64,000 nucleotides of DNA from Minutocellus sp. GHC0000111. Its lineage: Eukaryota. The DNA is taken from positions 806,001 through 870,000 of the forward strand of contig OZ361260.1 of the NCBI GenBank assembly GCA_977018835.1, in the 5' to 3' direction. The notes under the pieces are model-generated. The model was not told the DNA's origin and searched no databases. It saw only the letters and a list, made by a program, of their open reading frames with translations. Made by a program: the position numbers and the translations under genes. Shown here piece by piece: positions 44,204 to 57,500 of the stretch (the first letter of the stretch is position 1; each line of letters begins with the position of its first letter).

Positions 44204-47200
44204 CTAAGCAATACAATTAGTACCGGTAGATGGAATGTTGAGACTTAGACTCGATAGATAGCTCCCGACGGTGTCCCAGGTCGCTCTTGCCCAAGCCAAC
44301 ATGGCACCGGTACCGCTCGTCACGGTTGCCTCAAACTCTGGTTTGGTGGGCAGCTGGAGAGCTGCTCTCACGGGCGAACCCGATGCCTCGACCGAAGAAC
44401 TCCAGCCATAACCATTGTAGCACGACACTCGAACATGCCGTGGCATGGATGCCGAATCCTCGTCAATCGAAATGATGTACTCGTTTTTGCCACCATCGCC
44501 ATCACTAGTAATGCCCTTACTCACAAAGACATGAAAGCCTGGTGAGGAGGCATGGTCGAAGGTGTCCGTAATATCCCACTCTACTCTGTATTTTTCAACA
44601 TCTGATCCTCCGTCATCATCGGGATCTTCCCATCGAACCAAGATTTTGGTGGCTGATAAGGGCATGACCTCTACATTCAGAGGGGCATTTGGCGCCGTCT
44701 TTGATGCTATTGGTGGTGGAGATGCCAGTCGCGAAGCACCGTAGCCTTGGGTGTTCCCGGACCGAATGCTAATAAATAGTGGAGTGCCCTTGGATAAATC
44801 TTGGAGCGTAAGCGATTGTTCCGAGGCTGCCACCTCGATTCGGCCATAATCGTCTCCCTGAACACCGTCTACAATTGACGCTACCCTCGCCCTGGCATTG
44901 GGTCCATTCAGCATTCGGTCATTGATTCCCATGAGAGGTATGTCTCTGCCGTCGCTGCTATCGTCATTGGCATCCACAAAGGTGACAAACCAATTGAAGC
45001 CCTGGGCGTTGCTGTACCTTGTGACCTCCACGGCACCAATACCATGTAAGCTTTCGAGGGCAGCCTTGATTTGGTTTTCGTCTGCATTCCATTCCAACGG
45101 CTCGGTCTTTTCTCCTCCAAAACTCAAATGGAACGTTCCGCTCATCGGTGCAAGACCTCGTCTTGTATGGTGGACAGTGAGAGTTGGATTGTCACCGGCC
45201 CAATTCTCGGCCGGCTCCACCTGTAATAGCGGCTGTTCGCCAATGTGACTCTCGAACACAATCTGCCATTCATACCCATAGGCCCACTTGGACACGTGTG
45301 CTTCGCTTGAGGATGGGCCCGCATAAGCTTCATTCAGAGCGAAGGAAGTTGGGTTCACAGTCGCTACCGTATGTTGCTCGCCTCCAACGATCACTATGTC
45401 ACCAGCAGCAAATAATGACGTCAAGTCGGCTACACTGCTCGCGCCTCGCCCAACATTGGAACTCCCGGTCGTAAGAACAAATACTTCATTTTGGACTGGA
45501 CGAGTAGATATGTCTCGGTTGACTTCCACATTTCCAATTGTCGACAGGCGCTTGAGCTTGGATTCGATTGAATTCTTGCCATCGGCCAATGAATTGTAGG
45601 CGATGGGCTCTGTGCGTTCTCCCTTGAAGCTGAGGGTGAAGAATCCGCTTATGCTATCACTGTCAGCGGCCGAACGAATGGTCTGAACATGAACAACTCC
45701 TCTTGTCGACGACGTGGTGATCTTTTGCACTTCCCTCACGGTTGGAGTCGAGTAGTATTCAATTTCATATCCCAATAGCTCGTCGCCGCTGCCACTGATG
45801 CCACCGTCGTCCAAAGTTGGAGGTGAGAGCCAGGATACGTCCAGCGATGTACCGTGGGAATCGGGCGGAATGCTTACATTGACCATTGCAGGGATTCCAG
45901 GCTGAGACATGGGGGCGGCCGAACAAACAAAGGAGGGCTTGCTCCAGCCAACTTGATTTTGAGCAAATACCCGAGCGTAGTATATCTGACCTTCTGTGAG
46001 TCCACCAATGGTGTATCGTAGAGGTTCCGTTCCCTTGACATTCTCAAAGACTTCGATGGAGGTCACGGTGGGTTCTGAAAGCTGAGCATCGACTATTCTC
46101 AGTAAGTCAATATCACCGGCGCCCTTTCCGCCCTCGTCGATCAAATGAGTAAAGGTGACGATCCATCCAGGCTGTCCATTGAAATTTTGACTCTCTACGT
46201 TGACGGTATGGATAGTCCCCAGAGCCTCCAATGCCGCCTTGACATCATCCTTCGATGCCGACACATCAATTGCATCCGTCGTTTTGTCCTCAAACATGAG
46301 TCGAAATGTTCCGGTAAGCTTAGAAGTGAAGCCAGGTAGCTTCCTTACGTAGACAGTCTGAACCTCATTGGTGAAGGCTCCAGGATAGATGTCGGCAGAG
46401 CCGCCGCCACCAGGATCCCCAACCACCTCTTCCACCCAAACATGAGCGTTGCCGCCATATAGCGAGTGCCCATCGGCCACCAGCTCGCCGAGATTACCAG
46501 GCACATTCGCAAATGTCACCAACCATCGGTATCCAAAACCTTGTCCTCGGCGACTCACTCGAACAGATGTGTCAGTACTGCCATCGCTATTCGCAATCAG
46601 AGCTGCAATTTGCATCTCAACTTCCGGCGCCGTTGCATCGGTAGCAATTGGATCTGTGGTCTTGCCACCCCAGGAGAGGGTGAAGGTGCCATGGCACTTC
46701 GTTCGGCACGACAATACAATTTCTTGTTGTTCAGATTGTGCCGTGATCTCATCAAACGAAACATTCTCAAAGTTGATGGAAGTCGACCATTCGACCTTGT
46801 ACTTGCTGATGGTGGCGCCTCCATCATGAGCCGGTGGCTGGTACGACAAAGACAACTCGTTTGCACGATAGTAATCGCCGAGTCGAACTCCCTGGGGAGC
46901 TCCCGGCAGCATGATGCCGGGCATTGCTGTCGCTACTGTTGATGGTGCGCTGTATCCCTGATCATTGTGGGCCGAAACGCGAATGGAGTGAATTCCATCA
47001 TCAACGTCAGTTGGAACTACTTACTGCGTGGGAACTTGACCATTTGGTCCGATGGCAAAGATGCGTGCCTCCGTACCACCCCAATTTGACTCGGGTGTCA
47101 CAAAGAATTAATCCAGATCTGCGGTATGAGCCATGACGGCAAAGTTGTAGTCCACAGGACCACCCGGAACTGGAGATGGAGCTGCACTCAAAGATGATGC

Positions 47201-48205
47201 TGATATAACCTTGCCAATTCCAACGAGCTGGTGAAGCTCGGCCATAATATCATTCGCTGTTGCGCCCATTGCAATGGGGGCGGTCGTCTCCTCGTCCAAA
47301 TGAATGCGATAGTCACCGACGATGTCACTTTCATCTGCCGAAGTTCTGATGGAAAGGACGGGGTAAATGCCCACCCTAGCTTTCGATCCCGCCGTCCACC
47401 TATCACCAATAACGAGCTCTTCTGTGGATTCTGCCTTGGCCGGATGGCGCACAATCCAGACTTTTCCGTATGCCGAGCGACCCTGATAGGAGCGTTCTTC
47501 GACGGTTGCGGTATCCAGTGCGGGTGATAGTGATCGAATGATTGCCTCCATGCTTTCCGCTGTGCCTTCTGCTAGATCAAGGTCAACAGTGGCGGCTGTA
47601 CCCTTGTAGTAGACATCGAAGGATCCACCGATGGTACTCTCAGCCTCAGCGATGATGGCAAATGTTCTTGGGATTCCGCCGCTGCATCTTGTTTCGTCTC
47701 GAATGGTTGGAGAGGATTGAGACTCGTTGTCGTCGTCGTTTGGGACAACAAGATGGATACTGCCGCAATTGGTGGCATCGCTGTACAAATACGCCGAACC
47801 ATAGCTATCTGAAAGCGAACCAGCTTGCTCTGTGGTAACTGAATACGAGAGGATATCGTCGGGGTTGGTAGACGCAAGATTTGCAAGGTCAACGTCCAGG
47901 TCAAAAGCGTCGCCGAAAGTATCGGTGTCCGAAAACGTGATTTGCCATTCCATGTAATCGTCAGTATGGGAACTCTCGATGGTGACTGGTGATTCTATGG
48001 ATGGCATCGCCGTCAGCGCCGAAGCTAATTCGCTTGAGGATGCAAATGGGGCTATTGGCACAGAGCTTTCGGACCCCATTGTGAGTCGAAAGCTACCCAA
48101 GAGATCATGGTGTGGTAGAGCAGCTAAAGGAGAGGCCAGGGCATTGACGCTGGAATTAGATTGGGCTATGATGAGGCAAAAGGCGAAGAAGAGGTGAACA
48201 GCCAT
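44204..48205 (-). CDS. Giant FN3 cluster gene B (~1330 aa), two in-frame TAA stops (47108-47110, 47021-47023)
   Basis: Signal peptide MAVHLFFAFCLIIAQSNSSVNALA. ORFs 47108-48262 and 44204-46924 are in the same frame: DLD*FFVTPESNWGG...PTQ*VV...HSIRVSAHNDQGYS. Confidence 0.75.
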
Positions 48206-48571
48206 CGCTGGGAGTGGGGGGCTCTTACCTAGGTACGGTTTGGGCAGGAGTCGAGCCAGCACCTCTCAGGAGAAGGTCGAGCCAGTGAAAATGTCAGGAT
48301 TTCATCATTTTTCCGCACTCGGTTGACTGAATAAAAGGAGTGCTGGCTGGTACCGATGCGTATGCAGAAGCGAAAGTGACATACCGGTACTGCAGCCGCA
48401 CACATTGTATGCAGACGCAGGGGGGTTGATTGTTGTTGAAATCTATAGAGAAAGTGTTGATTGTTGCTAGTGTGTGCCCATCATCCCAGTAGTAGCAATC
48501 GCAAATCGACTGATTTGAGTTATCCGATTTTCACGGGCAGGCACCTCTGATCGATCTATTGAATCCCTTCC

Positions 48572-51500
48572 TCATCCACCTCCTCTCGTATTGATGCGAA
48601 TGCGCACAACCTTGCTCGTTCCGAAGGACCCATCAAACTCCGAATTCCACTCCACCTTGTAATGATCAATGCCATCTCCCCGACTATCGGGCTGAGTAAA
48701 CGTCAACGCCGTCTCGGTATTCGATAGAACCTTGGCTGTCGCCACTGGGACGTCCGGAACTGACCTCGCTCTCCTCGCACTTGGAGCCTGTGTCCAGGTT
48801 CCGCTGCCTACTGAGTTAACAGCAGCTACTCTCGCCAAATAATTTCGACCTTCCTCGAGGTCATCGATAATGGCATGCAAGGAAAGTCCAGCACCCTTGG
48901 TCGTCTCTGATATAGCCAGAGAAGTCCCCGGCGATAAATCATCTGTGCTGGCCACAAGGAGAGGAACATCCCCATTACTATCAATAAATGTGATCGACCA
49001 AGTCCTTCGTGCAATGTAAATGCCATCGTTTTCCTCATCGATGCTAGTGTCCTCCCGCTCAACTTCAACAGTACCATGTACATGCGACAGACTTTGCAGC
49101 TTGGTTTTCAGATCAGCGGCAGATTCATTAGCAGAAATCACAATGGTCTCTGAATCATCGACAAATGATAGTGTGAAGTAGCCCTCAAAATGGTTGTTGG
49201 CATCGTCCACGCTGGTTGTCAAATCGATTGCCTGAACCTCAACCTTGGATTCGCTACTAGCAACTGTGTGCGTGGCGACGATGTCATTGAATGGCTCGGC
49301 ACCCTCCATGTCCGAAGCAATCTCAACGACGTAGCTTTCAACAGGAACGCTGCTCAATGGCTCGGCCCAATCCACTCTCACTGTGCTGGAAGATATCGTG
49401 GTTAGCTCTACGCTCTGAACCGAGCCAGGTACATCACTGGGAGTGATTGGAGTTACAATGGAGTCAGAGAAAGGACCCTGGAGGTCACCAGCACTATTGA
49501 CGGCAGCAACTCGAACATAATATGCGACGCCCGGGGTGAGTCCAGTAATCTCTGTGGTGGTCCTTGTAAATCTAGTGGTCGATCCAGCACTTGTTATTAT
49601 CACAATATCTTGTGTCACTGATGGGTCGTCGGCGCCGACAATCAAGTGGCCAATCGGCTGGCCTCCGTCCGAAGTAAAAGCGGGTGATGTATCGTATTGG
49701 ATCACAAACGAGTCGATGGAAGCTCCTCCATTGGACAAAGGCTCTTTCCACGAAACCGACAAGGAGCTTGCATCGAATCCGCGTGAGATGCTGATCTCTT
49801 GAGGTTCCATTGGCGGCTGGACAAAAGTCTGTATCTCGTTCTGCTGGGCGTCCTCAATGACACCACCTCCAACGGCATTGTACGCCTGCACCCGGACGTT
49901 CCATCGGTTGACGCTGGAAAGGCCTTCAATGATGGTCCAATACGTCGATCGGCCAATGACGGGCTGTGGCGAGCCCTTTGTGACCTCACTTACAGATGCG
50001 TTGGGGTCGCTCACCGTCACTAGCGGAACATCTCCTCTCATGGATAAAATTGTGATGAGCACCGTATCACCTGGTGCAATTTCAGTGCTACCGCTACTAC
50101 CACCCTCAGCGCAGGTAGAACACTGGACCACAACGTGACCCACGCCCGGCATTCCGCTGAGCTTTTCCTCGAGCTCATCGAGAGTGCCTTCCGTCGAAAT
50201 TACATCGCTCGTTTGCCCTGCCAAGCTGACGGTAAAGTCGGACGTTCCAATGACAATTTGCTGCGTCTCGGGTTTTGAGGCACCATAAGCCATGGCGTTT
50301 CCTCCGCCAGACAATGACGATGGAACGCATGCTGTCCGTTGAAGATCTGTACATTCCTGCAAATGCGTTCCATCAACCTTGAGCTGATGAGAGTGTCGAT
50401 TAGAACCAAGCCAAGAGGAATAGCGGTAGTATCGATCGCCTGGATCTTCAAAGGTGACAATCCAAGTATAGCCCTCTGGATTCATGCAGCTCTGCGATTG
50501 GTTGTCCCCGCAGTGCAGGTGGCGAGATACGGAAATTTTCCTGCTGCTGCTGCTGCTGCTACTGCTGTCATCGGCCGACACTGACACTGTGCATAGCTCT
50601 TCCAGAGCTTCTTTCACCAATTCGGCCGTGGCATCATGTGGAAGCTGCTTTGTTGTCTGACCATCGAAACTGAGAGCAAATGTTCCCGACAGGTACTTTG
50701 TTGGGCTACCGCTGCCACTGCCGCCGTCGCTCATTTGGATGGTGACAAATTGCACATCCGAAATGCCTCGACGATTGGAAGCAGAGATTGTGGTCGATCC
50801 CAAGGCGCCATTGTTGATGCCACTGCTGAACGTGGACGATGTGTCATATTCCACCTTGTAGTGAGTGACTGGGCTGCCACCATCCTCTGTCGGTGCCTCC
50901 CACTGGACTAGAACCTCGGTATTGGAAATGGCCTGGGCATAAATATGATTGGACGCCGATGGCGTTTGAAGAGATAGTTCGACGGAGGATGGGTTGGATG
51001 CAGCGTATGGACCCATGCCAAACGAATTGACTGCAGAAATGCGAACGTAATGCGGAACTCCCGATGTGATGGACGGCACCGCCACGTGCTGAAGACCAAC
51101 GATGGAAATTGACGGATCGACATGCGCCGCCATGCTCTCGCCATTGATGGTCATGGGCAGTAGAAGTGGCTCGCCACGAGTAGTATACTGTCCTTCCACT
51201 TGTACGTCTCTCGTATCAGCAAAGGTCACATCCCAGGAATATCCATTTCCGTTGATGCTGCGTTCTACGTCCACCTTGCATGCCTGGGATAGATTCTCAA
51301 TGGCCGACTGGACGTCCATGGCCGATGCATCAAAGGGAATCTCTTCGGTAGTCTGAACTTTGTAGAGGGGGACAAACGAGATGGATTCCTGGGCAATGAC
51401 TATCGGCTCGAGATCATTCCTGAATTTGCCACCCGCTTCGCTGTCGCTGGAAGCTTCCAAGCAACCATTCTCACCCACATCAATGACTTGGAGAGGATGG

Positions 51501-54500
51501 ACGTTGCCTCGCACATTATCACCGACAAAAGTGATGATGTACCTGACTCCGGCACCCGTGACGCCTGCTTCATAGTCGATGGATTCTCGGCTCACTTGAA
51601 CGGCATCCACGCCCGCGAGCGTTTCCAATTCTGCCTTCATTTCCGAAAGATCTCCATCCCATTGCAGACAGCCCTTGGCACCGCCCGCAGTGGTTGTGTC
51701 GGTGACTTCGGTCCCAAATCGCAATCGAAAGCCAGAGACGATGTCACTGCTGGGGGTGAGACTGTGAGAAGATTCCTTGGCGACAATTGTGATAGATTGG
51801 ACCTCGTAGGTTGAATGCTTGAGCGACTCGATGGAAATGGAAGCATCGATGCCGGCATCATGGACTGTACCAAGTGGAACATTTTCGGCATCAAAGGCTC
51901 TCGCGGGGTTCGTCGATATACGAAATGTCTCGCCATCATCAGGGTGACCTACGCGGACCAAGTCACCACGAGTCAAAATGTTGGAAATGTCGTTTGGAGA
52001 ACCTGCAGAATCGATGGTGTTGAGGTTTGAATCTCCCAACCTCGGTTGCTTGGCGCTGCCCAGGGACGTATCAAGCACAAAGACTGGAGCGCGGTCCGTG
52101 CCAATGCTTGTTTCATCAACATCATGCGACAAGACTGCCGCGGATGATGCGAGAGTCCAAGCGTCATCGCTGGAACACAGCGGTAGATTGGACTCATCGT
52201 ACGGCAAATCGAGGGCGGCATCCAAACAAATGCGATACTCGTGATGTCCAATTCGGACATAGTCGCCCCGGGGAACGGCAGCGGCAAGATTGTCGTCGCC
52301 TTGGATTCGTTCGGCCACAATTCCTCCTCCTCCTTCTTCTCCTGGCTGGGTGGTGATGCGCACAAGGGTCGCCCCGTTACCAATAGATGACAAGTAATCT
52401 CCGTGAAAATCACCCAGAGACAAAGTGAAGGTAGAGGTGGAATCCCACGGCAGACTGTGAGCGCTGGAGCTGATCCGTTGGATCCGATGATCCAAAGCCT
52501 TTTGAATGGTCGTAGAATTCTCAAAGTTTGGAGATGTGGCCGCTTCGATGATGTAGTGACTAATGGGAGCACCGTTGGATTCTGCTTGCTCTTCGTACGT
52601 TACAAGCAGAGCCTCCGAGTTCAGTGGTCTCACACGAGGAGCTGGAGGAGTTCCAGGAACTTGTCCAGGCGACGCAGCGAAGGGCACAGTGTCCACGGCA
52701 AGGCTCGATCCTCGATCGGCGCTGTTGGCACGGACTCGAGCATAGTACGGCACGGCGGTATCGAGGCCAGTAATGTTGACGACGGTCGTTGCTGGATCGG
52801 AGATGGTGATTTGAGAAAAATTATCGGGTGCAACGCCCTCCACTAGCTTCGACGACCGGAATCCAGCCGGATTGTTGGTTCCGAGTAATGCCTCGGTATC
52901 GACCAGGAGCGATGGCTGTGGGCCAACGTTGGTAAGGAACGTAATGTACCATTTGTACCCACCCTCGTTTCCAGCGGAGCCGGCATCTTCCCGCCGGACG
53001 CTCACCTGGCCAACGGAATCCATATTCTCGAGAGCAACCTTGAGATCGTTAGCCGACACATCGTGCGGTAGCCTTGAAGACTTGACTCGGGTAAAGGCCG
53101 TGGCCGTTTCATCTCGGGCACCATCAAAGGGCTCCGAAAGGGGAAGGACCGACGACGTAAAGGGTCCGACATTCGACACAGTGTACGCCAGGCCATTTAT
53201 TACCAAATCGTCTCCTCGTGACAATAGAGGGGTAAGATCTTGCGTCGTCGCAACAACAGTCGCCCCTGGAACAACCTCAACGGTTCCTGGCAAGGAAAGT
53301 GTCGCCTCATCACCAAAGTAAAGATGAAACCATCCGCCCGTCAATCCCAGTCCAGAAGAATCCAGCTCGACAATCTCTGGAGTGCCAAAGAAGCTAAATG
53401 TTGGACCAACCTCATGACTTCGCGTAAAGTATTCGACGGTGTAGGAGTCAACGTCAATGAGAGTATGATGATTGCTGCTGTCGTTGCTGCTGCTGCTGCT
53501 GCTGCCTTCCCACTCTACCTGCAGCGTATGTTTGTCGACAACACTCAACGATGCGGAAAAGGGTGGAGGAGGCGCCGCTCTGGGAATGGCGCTGGCGGGA
53601 AGAGTCTCCTGAGGCAAGCCGGTGCCCATTTCACCATTCTCGGCAGAAACTCGGACATAATATCGCTCATTGGGGTCCAATCCCTCAATGAGATACTCGG
53701 CACCCAGCACGGTGAGGTCTGTTGCAACCACGTTTCCGCTTCGGCTATTCATTGATTCCAATGAGGAGGCACGCAAATGATCTGCATCGACCTTGATTTG
53801 TGCGTTGGATGCCGACACAATCTTGAAGAGATAGGCCGTGTTGTCGCTGAAGTAAACCATAATCTTGCGCTGCGGATGGAGAAGTCGTTGCATTGCATCA
53901 TCGCCAGAGTAGGTGAAAGTATTGGTCTCGGCATCAAATGATGAAACGCAATTGCTGCAAAGAGCTGCCGAGGAAGGATTGTTTTTGTCATCGCCCGCAA
54001 CTATCGCCGTCGATACGACACTCGTCCTTGCCGACCCAAGAGCAGATCCATCCGACGCAGAATCAAAGGTCGGTGCCTTATCCCATTCTACCACAAAGTA
54101 TGTCAACGGTGCACCGCCATCGTACGTGGGAGGTCCAATCTGAACAAGTAGCGACGTCTCCGACCAAACGCTTAGATGGGGTGGTGAATCTTCGTGGAAC
54201 AGTGATACCGGAAGACCGGGCTTTTGAACGGGCGGGGCAAGGGCAGCGGGAGCCGTTAGTCGGCGAGAACTCAAACCCAATCGATTGCCAGAGGACACTC
54301 GAACAAAGTACTGCTGTCCAGGAACAAGGTTCTCAATAGTGTAACGGAGAGGAACTGACTGTTCGTCAAGATTGGCGATGAGCTTACTGCCATAGGCGGC
54401 ACCCAGAGGAATGCTTCCTGCCGCGATTTGAGTCACCGTCACACCTCCAGGCAAAACGGCATCCGTTCCAGCATCGCGAATGGAATGGCCACTGACAATG

Positions 54501-57500
54501 TCGATGCGATCGACATTTCCCACCTCGCTCAAAAAGGTAACTCGCCAAGTCATGGGCGATGCCAAGGTCACTGCAACGTCTCCTACATTTGGCATGTTTT
54601 CCAACAGTGTTTCCAATTCCTGAGGAGAGATGGAGGCTGGAATGTTGGCACTGAGGTGGACACTACCATTGTTGTTGTTGTCATCGTCGTTCGCTGCTAC
54701 ACCACTGTCTGTGAGCGAATTGCTGGTGTCGATGCTCACTCTAAATTCGCCCTCCACGTTGGTGCCCGTAAGCGTTGAATCTCGGAGTGCTACTTCCCAA
54801 AGAGTTGGTGTATAGGCATCCCAAGGCACCTTGCTCCACTCCACCAAATATGACGTGATGGTATCACCGCCATTTCCAACCTCGTCCGGTCGACCGTTCT
54901 CCGTATCAATCCTGGGAGCATCCCAATCCACCAACAAGGACGTTCCAACGTCATCAGAATCGTGAGAATTGATGGATAGCATGGACAGTGTTGGCGAATG
55001 CGGAGGATCGGGACTGGTCATGGGCTTGACGGGCAATGCGGTCGAGGGCTCTCCGTAGCCACCACTGTTGTGCGCAATAACGCGGACGTGGTACTCTTTG
55101 CCCATGGTGAGACCTTGAATCCAATACTCGGTCTCGGACGTGACGTGAGACTGGATATTCTCCGTGTTGTCTTCCAACGAAGAAGAGGGGGAGGTGGACC
55201 ATTCAATCCTGTATTTGTTGATGGCGTCGCCACTTCCACCACTCGCATCACTCGACGAAGGCTCGTACGATACCAAGAGCGAGTCCTTGGTAAATCGGTT
55301 GGGTCCATCAGAAGCCAAGGGATATGTGGCCACCGTCACCTGCGGTGGTTCGGGAGTCGATCGGGCAAAAATGGCGAATCCTCCACCGTCTGATCCTAAC
55401 ATTCCATTCCACTTTAAGTGACGTGGACGAATCCGGGACGGCATAGACTCGACAATCCTGCGCCAAGCCTGGAGATGATTTGGGTATCTCAACCGGGGGA
55501 GACGCATCGACGAAAGGTCCGACGCCGGCACTGTTGATCGGGGCGATATCGACGTAGTACGATGTACCAGGGACGAGAGAACTGGCATCCATTTCAGTTT
55601 TAACTACAATCGAAACATCACTGGATGGCATGCCATCGACCTCAAAGCTACTATCGCCATCGCCGCCACCTCCACAGGACGCGTCCGACCAGGGTTCGAG
55701 ACTGGATACCACAAACAACTCGTCAACGTGACGAGAGAATGCCGGGCCTGTAAATGTAACATGATAACTCCAACTACTGTCGCCACCGCCACCGCTACTT
55801 CGAGAGACGATAATGTTCTCATTGAATGGTGAATTGTCAAAGTTGAGGCCAATGTGCGTCCTCATGTCCTCTGCGGAATGATCATTGACGAGATCAAAGC
55901 AAGACGTTGGTGGGGTGATATAATAGGCTTGGACAGTAGACGACTCGTCACCAGCGGAGCTGATGCTACCGCCAACCATCCCTCGATATTCGGACGACAG
56001 TGTCAAATGGCTCTGTCCAACCGATTCCACTTGGTATAGCCGATTATCTCTGCCCTCGTCGTCAACATCGTCACCACCAAAACGAATAAAGCGACAATCG
56101 ACGGCGTCGCTGACAGGGACACAATTTCCACCACCGTCGATCCAGGAGTTGGCTGCTTGACTGTGATTGGTCGACTCTGTGGACCAACATACACGACCTT
56201 GAATGAGCCCGCCGTAATACTACTACTGTCCTCTGCAACAGGCTCAATTGCAATGGTCTGAACCTCGGCACCAATCTCCAAAGAGCACGCGTCACCAGGG
56301 CAGCATAGCGTCGGTGATCCATCGCCCGTGATCATCCTGGCGTCGTATTCCATAGGTGATGACATGGAAGGGCGGGTGTCCCAACGAATGCGATACAAAG
56401 AGGCAGCGTCGGGCGTATGGCCGGTATAAGTACCACAGGCATCCAACTCGGTCACGAAGCCTCGTTCGTCATGAGTCGGCAACGACCAATGCAAATCAAG
56501 ACGATCTGGGACTTCCGATGCTGATACGGAGAGATCAACCGACGTGGCAATGTGGAGTGGCACCTTGATGGGCACCGCGGATGCTGGAGTAGCGGAAATG
56601 GCATCGGAATACCCTTCGCTGTTGTAAGCCGAAACTCGCACATAGTACTGGGTGCCCTCCTCCAAACCCTTGATCTGATACGACAGGTTGGCACTATCCA
56701 CCACTTGCGATCGTACCAACGGTCCGTCGACAATGTTGGAATAGCTGTTGGTCGTCGACACGCGGCTATTGTCAAAGCGATACGTTTCATCCCACTCCAC
56801 CAAATACTTCAATACTTCGGATCCACCGTCGTGGACAGGTGGGTCCCACGAAACTCCAAGCTCCGTGCGGGATACCACCGAAAGCTGCACATTAGCTGGC
56901 CCTGATGGATGCGTTGCAAAGGGCTGAACAATCATTTGACTTCCAGATGATGATGATGATGATGATGAGGAGGAGGAGGAGGAGGAGGAGGCGCTAACTC
57001 GAGCATCCTCTACCGTGGCTACGATGCCATCTCCCAAGTTGGTGGAATCAACAACAAGTGACACATCATCACCACCATCGCCATCACCGTCGGCATGCCC
57101 CACAAAGGTAATGCGGTAGACCATTTTGAACGGTGCCGTTCCCTCTCCCGTATTGTCAAACACGGTGGAATGGTCCTCTCTGGAAACAGTGACCAAACCA
57201 ACCCCATCCAAGGCATTGAGGGCATCTTCGACATGTTTGGCCGTGGACAGTACCGACAAACTTGGCGTGCTTTCGCTTTCCGACCCATAAGTGAGATTAA
57301 AGGATTCCGTCAGGTCGGCTGCACCGTCCGAATCGGCCAGCAGTGTCAGCTCTTGCACCTTTCGATAGGAATCCAACGGCACAGCATCCCCCACATCTCC
57401 ATACCCAGCACTCTCACATAGTACGAAGTACTGGGATCGAGGTTGGCAATGGTGTAGCTGTAGCTGTCACCATTGCCACGAGCTGGAACAGTAATACCCT

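Noticed and set aside
34210..47110. Stop-codon reassignment or A-to-I editing to explain in-frame TAA/TGA in FN3 genes
   Set aside because: TAA, TGA and TAG all terminate ordinary genes in this window, the stops imply different residues (W, Y, other), and frameshifts co-occur. Mutation or error is simpler.
55380..57420. Programmed frameshifting or tiny introns at gene A frame changes
   Set aside because: Conserved residues are missing rather than extra sequence being present, and no slippery heptamer or fitting GT-AG pair was seen.
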